From NCBI GenBank assembly GCA_964016885.1, contig OZ024751.1:21948001-22012000 (forward strand): DNA of 64,000 nt, read 5' to 3'. The translations under genes and the position numbers were made by a program. The notes below the pieces were generated by a model. The model ran no database searches. It saw only the letters and a list, made by a program, of their open reading frames with translations, and was not told the origin of the DNA. How positions within the stretch are numbered: position 1 is the stretch's first letter; each line of letters starts with the position of its first letter. Shown here piece after piece: positions 1 through 12,373 of this stretch. The stretch comes from Eledone cirrhosa (Eukaryota).

Positions 1-484
1 GTCCCTAGCAGGACTAAAAAGCCACATCCATGATGCTCATGATTAAGTATCAAGCGATGGCATTACTCGAAATCGAGTTACAGCCATTATCATCATCATG
101 TACGTATGTATATATATATATATTTAAAAAAAATATATATATATATATTTAGATGTACATGTATGTATATACATATATATATATATATATATGTTTATAT
201 ATATTTAGATGTAATAAGCAGGAGATGGTATTATTAAAAATATATTTCCTCTATTAAACCCTTACACATGTTTCGCTGAATTGATGGCATTGATATTCAC
301 ACACACATACACATACACACACACACGCACACACACACACGCACACATACACGCGCGCACACACACACACGCACACACACACACATACACACGCGCACAC
401 ATACACACATTCACGCAAATAAACATGCACACACATATACATATCACTACTAAATGTTACATACTCCCCCCCCCCCCTCTCTCT

Positions 485-543
<59 letters not shown>

Positions 544-568
544 TAGTTTATTTATATCTTATTTTCAG

Positions 569-984
569 TTCCCGACAATTGCGTTGTCATGTTAAACATC
601 TCGTTCGACGACGGATTTTTCGACAACGCTCACGGATCCTGGATTGAAAGACGAAACACAGATCACAGCGAATTAATCGAAGATCCTACAGCAGTTGGCG
701 GCCAAGCGGCGTGTTTTGATGAATCTCCGATGTTGTCAGCGTATTTCATTGAAAACTCTTTAGTAGATAACTTTAATATTTCATTTAGTTTCAAAATTTG
801 CCAGAAAATGTTGGCAGACGACCGACTCCAGAGCATCTTCCATAACAGTTGTTACATAGAAAGCGAAGGTGTTATTTCTCCAACTATTTCATTGAGCTTC
901 CAACCGAAAACAGGTTTATTCATCATCGATGTAGACACAGAACACAGTGTTATCCCAATCACAGACTCTTGTATTGCTGACATT
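569..984 (+). CDS. Gene A internal exon: N-terminal part of a laminin G3/concanavalin-like domain (Pif-like protein); upstream exons lie outside the window
   Basis: ttttcag acceptor (AG 567-568), GTAAGT donor at 985, phase 1 to 0. Reads PDNCVVMLNISFDDGFFDNAHGSW...SIFHNSCY...SPTISLSFQPKTG...CIADI and aligns by eye with gene B exon 3 (GCDLTLNITF...ILSNACY...STLSLSLFPKTN). Confidence 0.85.
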
Positions 985-986
985 GT

Positions 987-1280
987 AAGTATAGTATAGT
1001 ATAGTATAGTATAGTATAGTATAGTATAGTATAGTATAGTATAGTATAGTATAGTATAGTATAGTATAGTATAGTATAGTATAGTATAGTATAGTATTGT
1101 ATTGTATAGTATAATATAGTATAGTATTGTATAGTATAGTATAGTATAGTATAGTATAGTATAGTATAGTATAGTATAGTATAGTATAGTATAGTATAGT
1201 ATAGTATAGTATTGTATTGTATAGTATAATATAGTATAGTATTGTATAGTATAGAATAGTATAGTTTAGTACAGTATAGT
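987..1280. repeat. (TATAG)n pentanucleotide microsatellite in gene A intron
   Basis: Direct observation; starts immediately after the splice donor. Confidence 0.97.
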
Positions 1281-1330
1281 ATATACGTATATATATCATC
1301 ATTTTACGTCCGCTTTTCCCTGCTTGCAAG

Positions 1331-1363
<33 letters not shown>

Positions 1364-1850
1364 TATTGTTAAGCAACAGTATTTCCAAACCAGGGTTTTC
1401 TCACTCCTGATGGAGGAATCCTTCCCTGGTTGACCTCCAGCGTTTTCTTTTTGGTTTTGACCATGTCTTACCACACTTACCACACTTGACCGATTGCGGA
1501 TTGGTGAGGCTTTTTAACCCATAGTTGAGGTGGATGGCTGTTGACTTTGACGAGTTCATCCAGCCTTTTAACAGATCTTGTTTTTTGTGCTGCTAGGGTT
1601 CCAATTACGCTCCTCACCAGACCAGAGATTGGTGGGCGAGTCAGTTTAGCCACCAATCACTCGACCATGGAGCAGGTTGTGATGGGTTACATGGTACCAG
1701 TAGCAGGCAGAAGCCTGACCTGAGCTCAGTATAACAGAAATGGAATGGACCGCTTAAGGTTTCAAACTTCAACCTAAATATAGAATGTCTATGTCCTATT
1801 CTGGTAGAAATTTGAAAACTTAGGTAGTATGCATTTCTGTTGAGATCTTA

Positions 1851-1881
<31 letters not shown>

Positions 1882-1886
<5 letters not shown>

Positions 1887-2138
1887 TGTATGTATAGTAT
1901 ATTTGGCAATATACCGTATCTTTAATTAAAAACTTTTTGAAGACCTTGCGCTATCATTTTTAAAGTAGTGACTATGTCACTTACTTCCTTTTTCGGCAAA
2001 AGAAGTAGTGACATAGTCACTACTTTAAAAATGATAGCGCAAGGTCTTCAAAATGTTTTAATTAAAACTACGGTATATTGCCAAATATACTATACATACA
2101 TTCATGTATACATCGCTATTTCAGAGCACCAATCCTAA

Positions 2139-2143
<5 letters not shown>
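1882..2143 (+). mobile_element. Fold-back palindromic insert in (TA)n, probable Penelope-like 3'-end remnant
   Basis: ~110-bp inverted arms centred near 1995, a unique tail with GAGCAC, and (TA)n on both sides. Confidence 0.6.
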
Positions 2144-2169
<26 letters not shown>

Positions 2170-2171
2170 AA

Positions 2172-2337
2172 TTAATAAAATAATGAATAAACAAAGAAAC
2201 AGTTCCTTATATTAAAAAATTCATCATTTTACGATCGTTTCTAGGATATATATGTTAGTGTTGGTATGCATATCCTATCGATCTATGTAAAATTTTTACA
2301 AACTATCAGAGGGAGTATACATACCTACATATTTATA

Positions 2338-2338
<1 letters not shown>
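2172..2338 (-). mobile_element. Truncated copy of the long-stem-II hammerhead family (see 31200-31445)
   Basis: Shares aaacagttccttatattaaa...acgatcgtttctaggatatatatg with 31227-31290. Keeps GAAACGATCGTA but lacks CUGANGA. Confidence 0.7.
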
Positions 2339-2402
<64 letters not shown>

Positions 2403-2448
2403 ATATATATATCTATATATATATATCTATATATATATATATATAAAA

Positions 2449-2519
<71 letters not shown>

Positions 2520-2545
2520 CATATATACATTTCATTTCTATACAG

Positions 2546-2645
2546 GATGCCTCTAGCTGGAGTACAGTTGAGCTGACCTACCACAATGAAATGCTCACTC
2601 TCTTAGTTAACCACCAAATTTGCCTTAAATCTAGATTTTTTAAAG
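2546..2645 (+). CDS. Gene A exon, LamG3 core
   Basis: tacag acceptor, GTTTG donor, 100 bp, phase 0 to 1. Reads [34 protein letters not shown], the LamG W-x2-V-x-L-x-Y...L-x-L-x-V-N motif. Same length and phase as gene B exon 4. Confidence 0.85.
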
Positions 2646-2906
2646 GTTTGTTAACGTGTTTTTCTTGTAAAGTTCCCCCTGTTAATGATATGTGTGCGTA
2701 TATATGTACATATTTTCTACATAATTACACATATGTATGTGTATGTATGTATATATATATATATATATGTATATATTATATTATATATATATATATTATA
2801 TATATATATATATATATACATATATATAAATATACATACATTCATATATATATATATATATAATAAAAAAGGAATTATCTCTCTCTGTCTCTCACTCTTT
2901 TTATAT

Positions 2907-2963
<57 letters not shown>

Positions 2964-3043
2964 TACACACACACAGACAACTGTCACATTTTTAGTTACA
3001 TAACAATCATCACATTTGCGCCACACTTTCTTTGTATGTGCAG

Positions 3044-3111
3044 GTAATGTGAAACGTTTCCAGTGTCCGTTGATTCTACCAGGTGAGGATTTCTGTGGAT
3101 GTCTAGACGAG
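3044..3111 (+). CDS. Gene A exon, LamG3 C-terminal strand
   Basis: tgcag acceptor, GTAAGT donor, phase 1 to 0. Reads NVKRFQCPLILPGEDFCGCLDE, matching the LamG F-x-G-x-(L/I)-D-E motif. Confidence 0.85.
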
Positions 3112-3982
3112 GTAAGTTGTTGCTCCATTCAGTCTTAATAATATCCTGTTAACCTACATTTTACGTGTCTTTAAACAGTGTGGTTTTGAACACAAGTGGC
3201 TGGAATATAATTTACAAACAAATGCTGTAACACTCTTAACGATCTATTTCGCACGAAACCGCATCAAGGGAGAGAAATCTAACTCTTTCCTCGACTTATT
3301 CTTTTCCTGAGTTTTTCTCAACCTTCAAAGAACCCGACATTAAGCCCTCCACCAAAACAACGTGGCTGTGTGTGTGTGTGTATGTGGGTGGGTGTGCGCG
3401 TGAGAGAGAGAGAGTGTATGTGTGTGTATGTGTGTGTGTGTTTGTATGTGTGTGTGGGTGTATGTTAGTGACAGTTAAATATAAAACTTATAGTGAATTA
3501 GATATAAACACAATAGTCCCTAATCTTACACAGTCAGTAGCTTCTCACATTATTAAAAACCGGATATGTTGAAAACCTTTATATATAAATGTCCCCTAAT
3601 GTTCTGCAGCGTCAGCTTCTCTGGAAATTGTGAATGACAGTGGGGGCAGGGAGCGGAGCACTGATATTTCTTCACTCGCAATGTTTGTATCAACCCACGT
3701 CTATGGTAGATGATACTTGACCAAGATACCGAGGAGTGGGATTGAACACAGCACTTTATGATTTCTGAAGCGAACTTCTAAAACATTCAGCCATGCTGTA
3801 TTGACATAGTTACCCTACTAAATCTTTCCAAATATTTACTATTTTACTTTTTCAAAACTTCCTTTTACCTGTTGTGGCACCGCCATCTTAATTGGTTTTT
3901 CAGAATTAATTGAAATACATAGAAATATTGACCTGAAATGATTACACCTCTTATTATTTTCTTTACCTTTCTATTAATTCAG

Positions 3983-4009
3983 GTAATAATCAGTCGAGAA
4001 TGTCTGTAG
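3983..4009 (+). CDS. Gene A terminal coding exon
   Basis: ttcag acceptor, phase 0, VIISRECL*. Parallels gene B last exon ILLWRQCSPN*. AATAAA motifs follow at ~4313-4366. Confidence 0.75.
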   Translation, partial: VIISRECL

Positions 4010-4499
4010 AGATGTCGAACCAAAAAAATCTGGTGTTTTTCAGCCAATCAAGGTGGGCATAGTCTGGAACTTCAAACCCTCGTCTGAAGATAAAATGGAA
4101 GTTAATTAAGCAATTGGTTTACTAATTATTCACGAACTGTATTAATTAATTGACTAATCATTACAACATGGTTCAGCAATACCAATTTGAAAAAAAAAGA
4201 AGCTAAATATCAAGAGTTAAGAAAATTTATTTTGCCACCATTGCAAATGTTGCGATATTTTTTTTTAACGTGGATATATTAACAAATATTGGAAAGTGAA
4301 AAATACAATATAAATAAAATAAAAAATAAATCATAAATAAAATAAAATAGAAAATACAAAAATAAAAAAAAATCAAAAAAAATCAGTGAAATATCGATAT
4401 ATTACATATCGAATTATATAAAATATTTCACAAAAGACATGTTAAAAAATATAAGAATAAAATAATAGAAACAAATAATTGTTTCTACTTTTGGCAAAT

Positions 4500-4723
4500 A
4501 ATGGTTTCTGATTTAGGCACAAGGCCAACAATTTCGGGGGAGGGGAAGGTCGATTAAATCGACATCAGTGCATTACTGGTACTTTATTTTATCGACCCCC
4601 ACGTAAGGATGAAATGCAAAGCTAACCGCAGCGGGATTTAAACTCAGAACGTAAAGGGAGGTAACTATATGCCGTTGAACATGTTGTCCGATGCTCTACC
4701 GATTACCGCCAATCAACTGCCCT
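4500..4723 (-). mobile_element. tRNA-derived SINE (Deu/Nin-type core), long form
   Basis: A-box TGGCGGTAATCGG, B-box-like GAGTTTAAATC, core TTTCATCCTT..GGGGTCGATAAAATAAAGTACCAG. Confidence 0.8.
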
Positions 4724-4730
4724 TAAATAA

Positions 4731-5077
4731 TCTATATTATAATACGAGTGCTGTCTGTCTGTCTGTCAGTCAGTCCGTCCATCTCTCCGTCCATCATGCT
4801 CACTTTATATAGAGAGGGGGAACGCCAGACGAGAGATATGTACATAGATAGAGAGAGAAAAGGGAACGCCGTGTGTTTTCGAAGTGGCTAGACAGAAAGT
4901 TACGACGTCGCCCTTATCAGTATAGAGAGAGGAGGAGCGCCAAGCGAAAGAGATGTATATAAGAGAAAAGGAACACCATTTGTTTAGATAGATAGATAGA
5001 TAGATAGAGAGAAAGAGAGAGACTGTGTGTGTATGTGTGTGTGCCAGAAAGAGGGAGAAGACGTCGCCCTCATCTAG
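4731..5077 (+). mobile_element. Non-autonomous Helitron
   Basis: Begins with TC after an A, followed by a (CTGT)n tract. Ends in CTAG followed by T, with a subterminal hairpin gagggaga-agacg-tcgccctc. Confidence 0.7.
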
Positions 5078-5094
5078 TTACTTATAATAATAAT

Positions 5095-5275
5095 TGTTTC
5101 TACTTTTGGCACAAGGCCAGCAATTATCCCAGCGCATTACTGGTACTTTATTTTATTGATGATGAAATGCAAAGTTAACCTCGGCGGGATTTGAACTCAC
5201 ACCGTAAAGGGCTGTAACTTTATGCTGCAAAGCATGGCGTCCGACCCTCCACCTATACTGCCAATCCACCGTCCT
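5095..5275 (-). mobile_element. tRNA-derived SINE, short form
   Basis: Close to the copies at 13043, 21649, 51047, 56108 and 57223. Confidence 0.85.
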
Positions 5276-5546
5276 TATAATAATTATAATAATTATTACA
5301 AAGAACTTAGTCCGGCGCTCTACAGCTTCTGATAACGTTATCTCACCATATGAAACTGTGACATTTGCAGATAATGGTAGCGATTAACAATAAAAATAAA
5401 AATGTGTGTTGGTGTGTGTATCTATGTTTGTGAGTACGCATATGTATGTGTGTGTGTGTGTTTGTGCATGTGTGAGTGTGTTTGTGTGTGCGTGTATGTG
5501 CAGTGTGTATGTGTGTTTGTATGTATAATTTTGTGTGTGTGTGAGT

Positions 5547-5862
5547 CGGACCTCTGTCGGTTCCGACAACGAGTGTTCCAGTTGTTCAAACAACAGAACA
5601 GGTTGATCGTGATATTAAAGTGCAAGTGGCTGAGCATTCCACAGACACATTCACCCTCAATGTAGTTCTCATGATAATTCAGCGTGGCACAGCGACAGGC
5701 CTTTAAATTACAGGTACAAGTAATTTTTTTTTCCATTTTCCACCTGAGTGGACCGAAGCAACGTGAAATAAAGTGTCTTGTTTAAGGATACAATACGCCG
5801 TCGGAAATGGAACTCGCGACCTTACAATCATGAGCTTAACACCATACCCACTAAGGCACGTA
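5547..5862 (-). mobile_element. Second tRNA-derived SINE family
   Basis: tRNA-like head then tccttaaacaagacactttatttcacgttgct. Related heads at ~6655-6780 (-), 46835-46945 (+) and 48855-48972 (+). Confidence 0.7.
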
Positions 5863-5910
5863 CTTTCGTGTAGTAAGAGGCAACAAAAGAGTTGTTGATG
5901 CCGTCTAGGA

Positions 5911-6559
5911 CAGGGGTGTGCAACATATTCCATTGGCGGGCCACTTTTGAACATTGGAACAACTATTAGGGCCATTAATATTTATTAAGCACTATTCCGA
6001 AGATTCACCATAACTTCTTTCCATAACATGGAGCTGGGAAATTATAACATACATAACCCTATCAGTGAAGCCCTTTAGTATAGGTCAACTGGGAAATTAT
6101 AACATACATAACCCTATCAGTGAAGCCCTTTGGTATAGGTCAACTGGGAAATTATAACATACATAACCCTATCAGTGAAGCCCTTCAGTATAGGTCAACT
6201 GGGAAATTATAACATACATAACCCTATCAGTGAAGCCCTTTAGTATAGGTCAACTGGGAAATTATAACACACATAACCCTATCAGTGAAGCCCTTTAGTA
6301 TAGGTCAACTGGGAAATTATAACATACATAACCCTATCAGTGAAGCCCTTTAGTATAGGTCAACTGGGAAATTATAACATACATAACCCTATCAGTGAAG
6401 CCCCCTTAGTATAGGTCAACTAACAGAAAATTGTATTACGGTTACGAACAAATTCTAAATAAGCCTACAAGGTAAAAATTTAAAACGGTCATCGCGGGCC
6501 ACTCTGGCTGGTCTGGTGGGCCGGATTGTGGCCCAAGGGCCGCCTGTTGCACGTCCCTG
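5911..6559. mobile_element. hAT (Charlie-like) MITE
   Basis: TIRs caggggtgtgcaac / gttgcacgtccctg, 8-bp TSD gtctagga/atctagga (7 of 8 match), subterminal gcgggcc motifs. Confidence 0.8.
6034..6421. repeat. 55-bp minisatellite, 7 copies, inside the MITE
   Basis: Unit ctgggaaattataacatacataaccctatcagtgaagccctttagtataggtcaa, with no spacers. Confidence 0.97.
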
Positions 6560-7079
6560 ATCTAGGACATCCAGCAGTCAAACATTGCCTCAAAAAGGAC
6601 CCGATGCTATATATTTCCTCTTAACTTGTTATATATTAACTCAGTTATTTTATATGAGTGGACTGAAGGAACGTAAAATAAAGTGCTTTGCTCAAGGATG
6701 CAACGCGCCGTTTGATTCGGAAATCGAACTCACGACCTTTACGATTGCAAATCAATCACCATGAGCAAAATGTCACACATTTTCACAAAACAACAAAATT
6801 ACAACCGCTACAAACAACAGTTCTATCCTTCGCTCTCATTGGTTGTTTTTTCCCGTTTTTGGTCCATTTCCTGTTCTCGAGTCATTTTAATTTTAGTCCT
6901 GAGATGGGCGTAAATTGTTTTCGCGCTCTTACCGTATGTCCTTACTATATATATCTATCTATAATATATATATATATATATATACATCCATATATTACAC
7001 ACATATACTGTGTATATATATGTATATATAATCAATGACAGAAATATTTGCTATTTTATTCCTTATTTGGGTTTCGTTG

Positions 7080-7113
<34 letters not shown>

Positions 7114-7562
7114 ATAAGTTGACGAGACTAGCATGGGTTTCACTGCTAGTATCGGCTGCATCTCAGCGTACTCAATAGGTAATGTTAAATACACTCCCAG
7201 AGTAGACACATAGTTATTCGCTTTAACACAACACACATAAATGGGTACCTTCAATCTATACCCGAACTCGAGTTTCTGCCACACTTAATGCACTAATAGA
7301 GTGCACAGCATCCACTGTCTGCATATATATATATATATATATATATATAATGTTATACTTTGGTAGGGTCATGTTGCCAATAACCAACCAACCGGAAATT
7401 TATAATAAATTGAAGTGAAAACAACAAGTGCGTGTGTTTTTATTGGCAACATGACCCTCCCAAAGAATAACAATATCTGTTTCAACACACGTTTTAAGAT
7501 AAGAAATCTCGCAAAACAAATTCAAAAACGAATTGTATATCTATCTATCTATCTATATATAT

Positions 7563-7757
7563 AGGAAAAAGTATGACCCCCGACGGCAGAGCTCAAGCCG
7601 TTTCGACGGCTATTTCTGGACTGAAATAGCCGTCGAAACGGCTTGAGCTCTGCCGTCGGGGGGGTCATACTTTTTCCTATTTCCCACTCTACTACCCTAA
7701 GTATTGAGTACTCTGGTGCGTTATGGTCCACCTGGTTCCTTACCACAATTCCTTTGT

Positions 7758-7758
<1 letters not shown>
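7563..7758 (+). mobile_element. Family B fold-back insert (3' half of a hammerhead)
   Basis: GAAACGGC-ttgagctct-GCCGTC-gggg, palindrome centred near 7619, tail to (TA)n. Homologous to the copies at 37976, 42777, 56866 and 60909. Confidence 0.8.
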
Positions 7759-7791
<33 letters not shown>

Positions 7792-8684
7792 AGTTTTGCC
7801 TTCAATTTGTCTCCGATAATATTTTGTGAATATATTAATCAAATATATCCCACATTCCACGAAACACCCCCTCCCCATTATACACGCTATGGATTAAACA
7901 AAATATATAGACGGTAACGGGAGCTTTTTCTGAGAAAGCAGGTACAAGCCACAGTGAATGTAAGTTTATTTTAACATCTCGGCATCCTTTCTTGTTTACT
8001 AAACTATTTTCACTTCTTTCCCAGGGTATGCTTCCCTGTTTACTAAACTATTTTCATCTCTTTCACAGGGCATGATTTTTTTGTTTACTAACTGGCTGAC
8101 CCTTCACAAAGCACGCTTTCGTCTTTCTGAATTAACTAAGCCCTTAACAGGGCATGCCTCTGTATTGTTAGCACAAAGACACCTGACGAAAGCTGTCTTA
8201 TCAACTTTGAGTATGGCACAGCCTAGAACTAGATTATCTATCATTAGAAATATTATTTTATTGGACACATGTACACTACACACGAACGTATACACACATA
8301 CACATGTTAATAGGAATACGCACACACACGCACGAACGTATTCACACACGAACTAACGTACACATACACATCCTTACCCGGACGGACATACACTTACACA
8401 AACATACACGTGTCTGTTTATACATGTAGGCGTATATATACATAGGTACGTATGTATACGTGTGCGCGCACAAACACACACACACACACACACGGTGGGC
8501 GCAGGTACGACTGAGTAGTGCAATAACAGGTCTCAGATTCGATCCCACTGTGTGACATCTTGTCAAGCGTCACTTATGATAGCTTCGGATTAACGTAAAC
8601 CTAGTGAGTAAAACTTGGCAGACGGAGACTGTGTGAAAGTCTGTCAGATGGTGGGTTGTATTTGTAATTCGAAGCTATCAGTCT

Positions 8685-8715
<31 letters not shown>

Positions 8716-10661
8716 TTCACGCTGGAAATATCTAAAACTTACGTTGAGGGGTAACATGTCCGGTCGGTGGAATGCTTAGTCACTTACAAGTGAATACACA
8801 GCGTCGAGACTGAGAACTGTTTTATTGACAGGTATATAAAGGAAGAAAGAAGATACAGCACCAATGGTAAGATACTAACCATTAACCTCGCCGATAGAAA
8901 TATTTGCTTAAATCAACTATTGGCTAGTGTTCACTCACCCGACAGCATGATCCATATGTCGGGTGCAATATGTCCGAACACGGAAAACCCGAACTCCCAC
9001 TGTCATCGACTCCATCTCTCTCACCCTCCCCATCTCTCTATATTGTGAGAAAATGGGGTCCCGCGTGGTGGCCGCTCCACAGCCCCGGCGGACAGAATGG
9101 AGAAGGAGTTTCCCCGGAGTATAGTAAGGGAGATGCGCTGGAAGAGCCATTCCATATTATTTATTGACTTAGTGAGAGAGTCTTTATACTGGCAGACCGA
9201 AGTCCGCTCATCCCCTCTCTCTCTATATATTTATATATATAAATTTTTCCTTGAATATCGCTGTGATGATTCTTGTTATTCTCGAGTTTCATCTGTTTTT
9301 AGTAATTATTCTCACGCCCGTCAACATCACGTGGATCTATCTATATATTTATCTCGACACTTGGCCAAACAGGGAGATCGAACGCTGGACCTTATGATTG
9401 TGAAGTTAATTTCTTAACCTTTTTAATCACTCTATGGTTGTGTCCACATGGGGAGGCAACATAATCTGGTTTCGAATCACAGGAACCAATGCAATCTGAG
9501 CTTACATCGGGTTTCTGTGGCGTTAAGCGGCCCAAATGACTTTAGAAGCAGTTGAGAGCAGAACTGATAAAACTTCGGACTAAATGGCTGTCGAGATTCA
9601 GTTGTGACTCTACATTCGGAGTTCGAATTCTGCCGAGGTCGATTTTGCTTTTCATCCTTTCGTTGTCGATAAAATAAAATACCATTGAAGTTCTTGAGGC
9701 AATTTTTTCCGCTGTTCGTCTTTTCAAAGTTTATAGACTTGACATGTACTGGCAAGGCTGTGTGGTTAAATAATTTCCTTGGCAACCACTTCGTCTCGGT
9801 TCATTTCAGCTGCGTGACACTTTGAGCAAATGTATCCTACTATAGCCTACTGCACCATTGGTTGATCAATGCTATGTCAGTGAAGATTGATAGACGAAGA
9901 TTATGTGGAAGGCAGCCGTGTGTGTGTATAGTGTGCGTGTGTTCGTAGCAGTGTTTACGTTTGTCTGTTTATATCTCGTATCTTAGCGGTTTGACAAAAA
10001 GCTATCGATAAAATAAGTACCAGATTTGAAAAAATAAGTACCGGGGTTGATATGATCGACTAAAATCAAGGTGGTGCCCCACTATAATCGCAGTCTAGTG
10101 GCTGAAACCAGTAAATGTGTTCCTTAAGTCAAACATCAATATTTATAAAGAGGGATAACAGATTTGTTTAACTGCTAGATTGTCACTGATAGCTTCTCCT
10201 ACCGATAGATTTGAACTCCTTACTACTAGAAGTAAAGGAAAGGAATGAAGCCGAGTGGGGAAACAAAGTTTTTAATGGTCTTTCCATTGCTGATATTATC
10301 TGCTGGGAAGAAGGCCTCTCTTCCCAGAAAAAAGAAAACCGAGCGTCAGATCGGAGCAAAGAAACAATATTTCCATTGGTCTTTCCACGGCTAATATTAT
10401 CTGCTGCTCGCCAGGAGCTAAGACGGGCAGATAGTATTCTTATTTCCAGATATCAACCTAGTTTCCTTGCTCCGATCTGACATTGGATTTCAAGTCGGAA
10501 CAAGGAAACTTGTTTCCAATTATCTCTTTCTATTGCTGATACTATCTACCGATCGCAAAACCCCTAGCTGAAGCATCACCACTTTTTTCGGTGACAGGAG
10601 GTGGAGTTTGAACTTAGAACGCACAGAGCCGGAACTGATATTACAAAGCATATTTTACATG

Positions 10662-10865
10662 AAGGAGGTGGATTAGCAGTATCGGCAGAGCGTCGGACAA
10701 CATGCTTTGCAGCATATAGTTACGTCTATTAAAGTTCAAATTCTGCCGAGGTTAGCTTTTTGCTTTTCATCCTTTCGCGGTCGAAATACCAGTAACACAC
10801 TGGAGTCGATTTAATCGACATCCCCTCCTCCAAAATGTTTGGCCTTGTGCCTAAATCAGAAACCA
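10662..10865 (+). mobile_element. tRNA-derived SINE, long form
   Basis: A-box, GTTCAAAT B-box, and the gctttcatcctttcgcggtcga core. A more decayed copy is at 9545-9690. Confidence 0.75.
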
Positions 10866-11041
10866 GTACTAATTATTATATAATAATTATATTAATGAGT
10901 TATTTTAAATCACACAAACAAAGTAAAGATTAAAACAATTTATTTTTCAAATGATTGAAAATGAGACATTCTTCGTTTATTGTAAACATGGCGTGAAGTG
11001 ATACAAAGCTAGGATATAAATGTAAAGCCGTCTCTTCATAT

Positions 11042-11074
11042 TTAATTCGGTGAACATTGCCTCCACAGCAAGAT
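11042..11074 (-). CDS. Gene B terminal coding exon
   Basis: ttttcag acceptor, phase 0, ILLWRQCSPN*. The six exons total 1230 nt (409 aa plus stop). Confidence 0.8.
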   Translation of the reverse strand: MLLWRQCSPN

Positions 11075-11269
11075 CTGAAAATAGAAAATGTTCGTGAATA
11101 TATATATTTCCTATTAATCGAATTTATTAAAATTTTCAATATCTTGTTTCTAATGAAAGACATAGCCCATGATTTTTGAAATATTTTATTTTTAAATATT
11201 CACGAATTTGGAGGAATTTAAATATTTATAATTAAATTGCAAATATTTGAAAATGGCTGTTTTACTTAC

Positions 11270-11352
11270 ATCGTCTATGTAACCATAGAAAAATTTCAGT
11301 TTGGTGGGATCACCTCCAATGGTAAGAGGACATTGAGAATTCTGTATAGTTT
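11270..11352 (-). CDS. Gene B exon 5: LamG3 C-terminal strand
   Basis: ttttcag acceptor, GTAAGT donor, phase 1 to 0. Reads TIQNSQCPLTIGGDPTKLKFFYGYIDD, the LamG L-x-IGG...F-x-G-x-IDD motif. Confidence 0.88.
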
Positions 11353-11474
11353 CTGAAAACAAAAAATAGCCACATCTTTATGACTTATCTCCGAACACAA
11401 CGAGAAAAAAACATCATCATCATCAACAACAATAACAAAAGCATTCACTAAAAGAAATAAACTGAAATACTGAC

Positions 11475-11574
11475 CTGGAAACGTGTGTGATTTCAAAACT
11501 TCTTCTCCATCAAGATTTATTACAACGTTGCCTTTTGTGATTGTGATATTAAGGTGGTACCAAGTCTCTGCTTC
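11475..11574 (-). CDS. Gene B exon 4: LamG3 core
   Basis: tagcag NAGNAG acceptor (alternative start 11577), GTCAGT donor, 100 bp, phase 0 to 1. Reads EAETWYHLNITITKGNVVINLDGEEVLKSHTFP. Confidence 0.85.
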
Positions 11575-11672
11575 CTGCTATAGTTTGGATGTGGGAAGAG
11601 ATAGAAGATACGTAATTATAAAATAGGCGTTGTACTTAAGGAACCAAATACCATAAAATAATTAATTAATTT

Positions 11673-11722
<50 letters not shown>

Positions 11723-11978
11723 GTTATGGTGTGTTGTGGTCCATGTGTGTGCGTGTTGCTGTGGTGCGTGTGTGTTACTGTAGTACATGTGTCGTTTGTG
11801 TGTGGTGTATTGCTGTAGAGCGTGTGTTGTGTTGTGTCGTATGTTTATGATGGTGTTCGCGTGTGTTGTGTTGTGTTGTGTCGTATGTTTATGGTGTTCG
11901 TGTGTGTTGTGTTGTGTATGTATGGTTGTGTTGTGTATATATGGTCGTACGAGTGGTTGTGTATGCTGTTTAGCTTAC

Positions 11979-12373
11979 CAAATTAGCTTTTCCTTCTTCG
12001 TAGTGTTCATTAATGGTGAATCCTATCAAATTAGTTTTGGGAAAGAGAGAAAGACTTAGAGTAGATTCAGTGACGTTACTTTCACTGTTATAACAGGCGT
12101 TAGATAATATCACCATTTCTGTGGAGTTTGTAGCCAATCTTATTGCTTTGAAATAGAATTCAATCTTCAAGTGGTTACTGTAAGAATTCCCAGCAAAGAA
12201 AAGAATACGTAATAGCCCTGGGCTGAAATATCCACTGAGACTGTCTTCCTGTTCATTCCTGTCAGCTTGGCGTATTTCGACATTTTGCTCAACACTTATA
12301 AAAGCGTTCTTTGCGTAATCGCGAACAATGCTTTTCGAGAATGTTATGTTTAATGTGAGATCGCATCCTCCTT
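11979..12373 (-). CDS. Gene B exon 3: LamG3 N-terminal part
   Basis: tttcag acceptor, GTAAGC donor, 395 bp open, phase 1 to 0. Reads GGCDLTLNITFSKS...FFAGNSYSNHLKIEFYFK...ILSNACYNSE...GKANL. Confidence 0.88.

Noticed and set aside
6034-6421. CRISPR-like regular repeat
   Set aside because: Contiguous 55-bp units with no unique spacers, in a eukaryotic context, inside a MITE.
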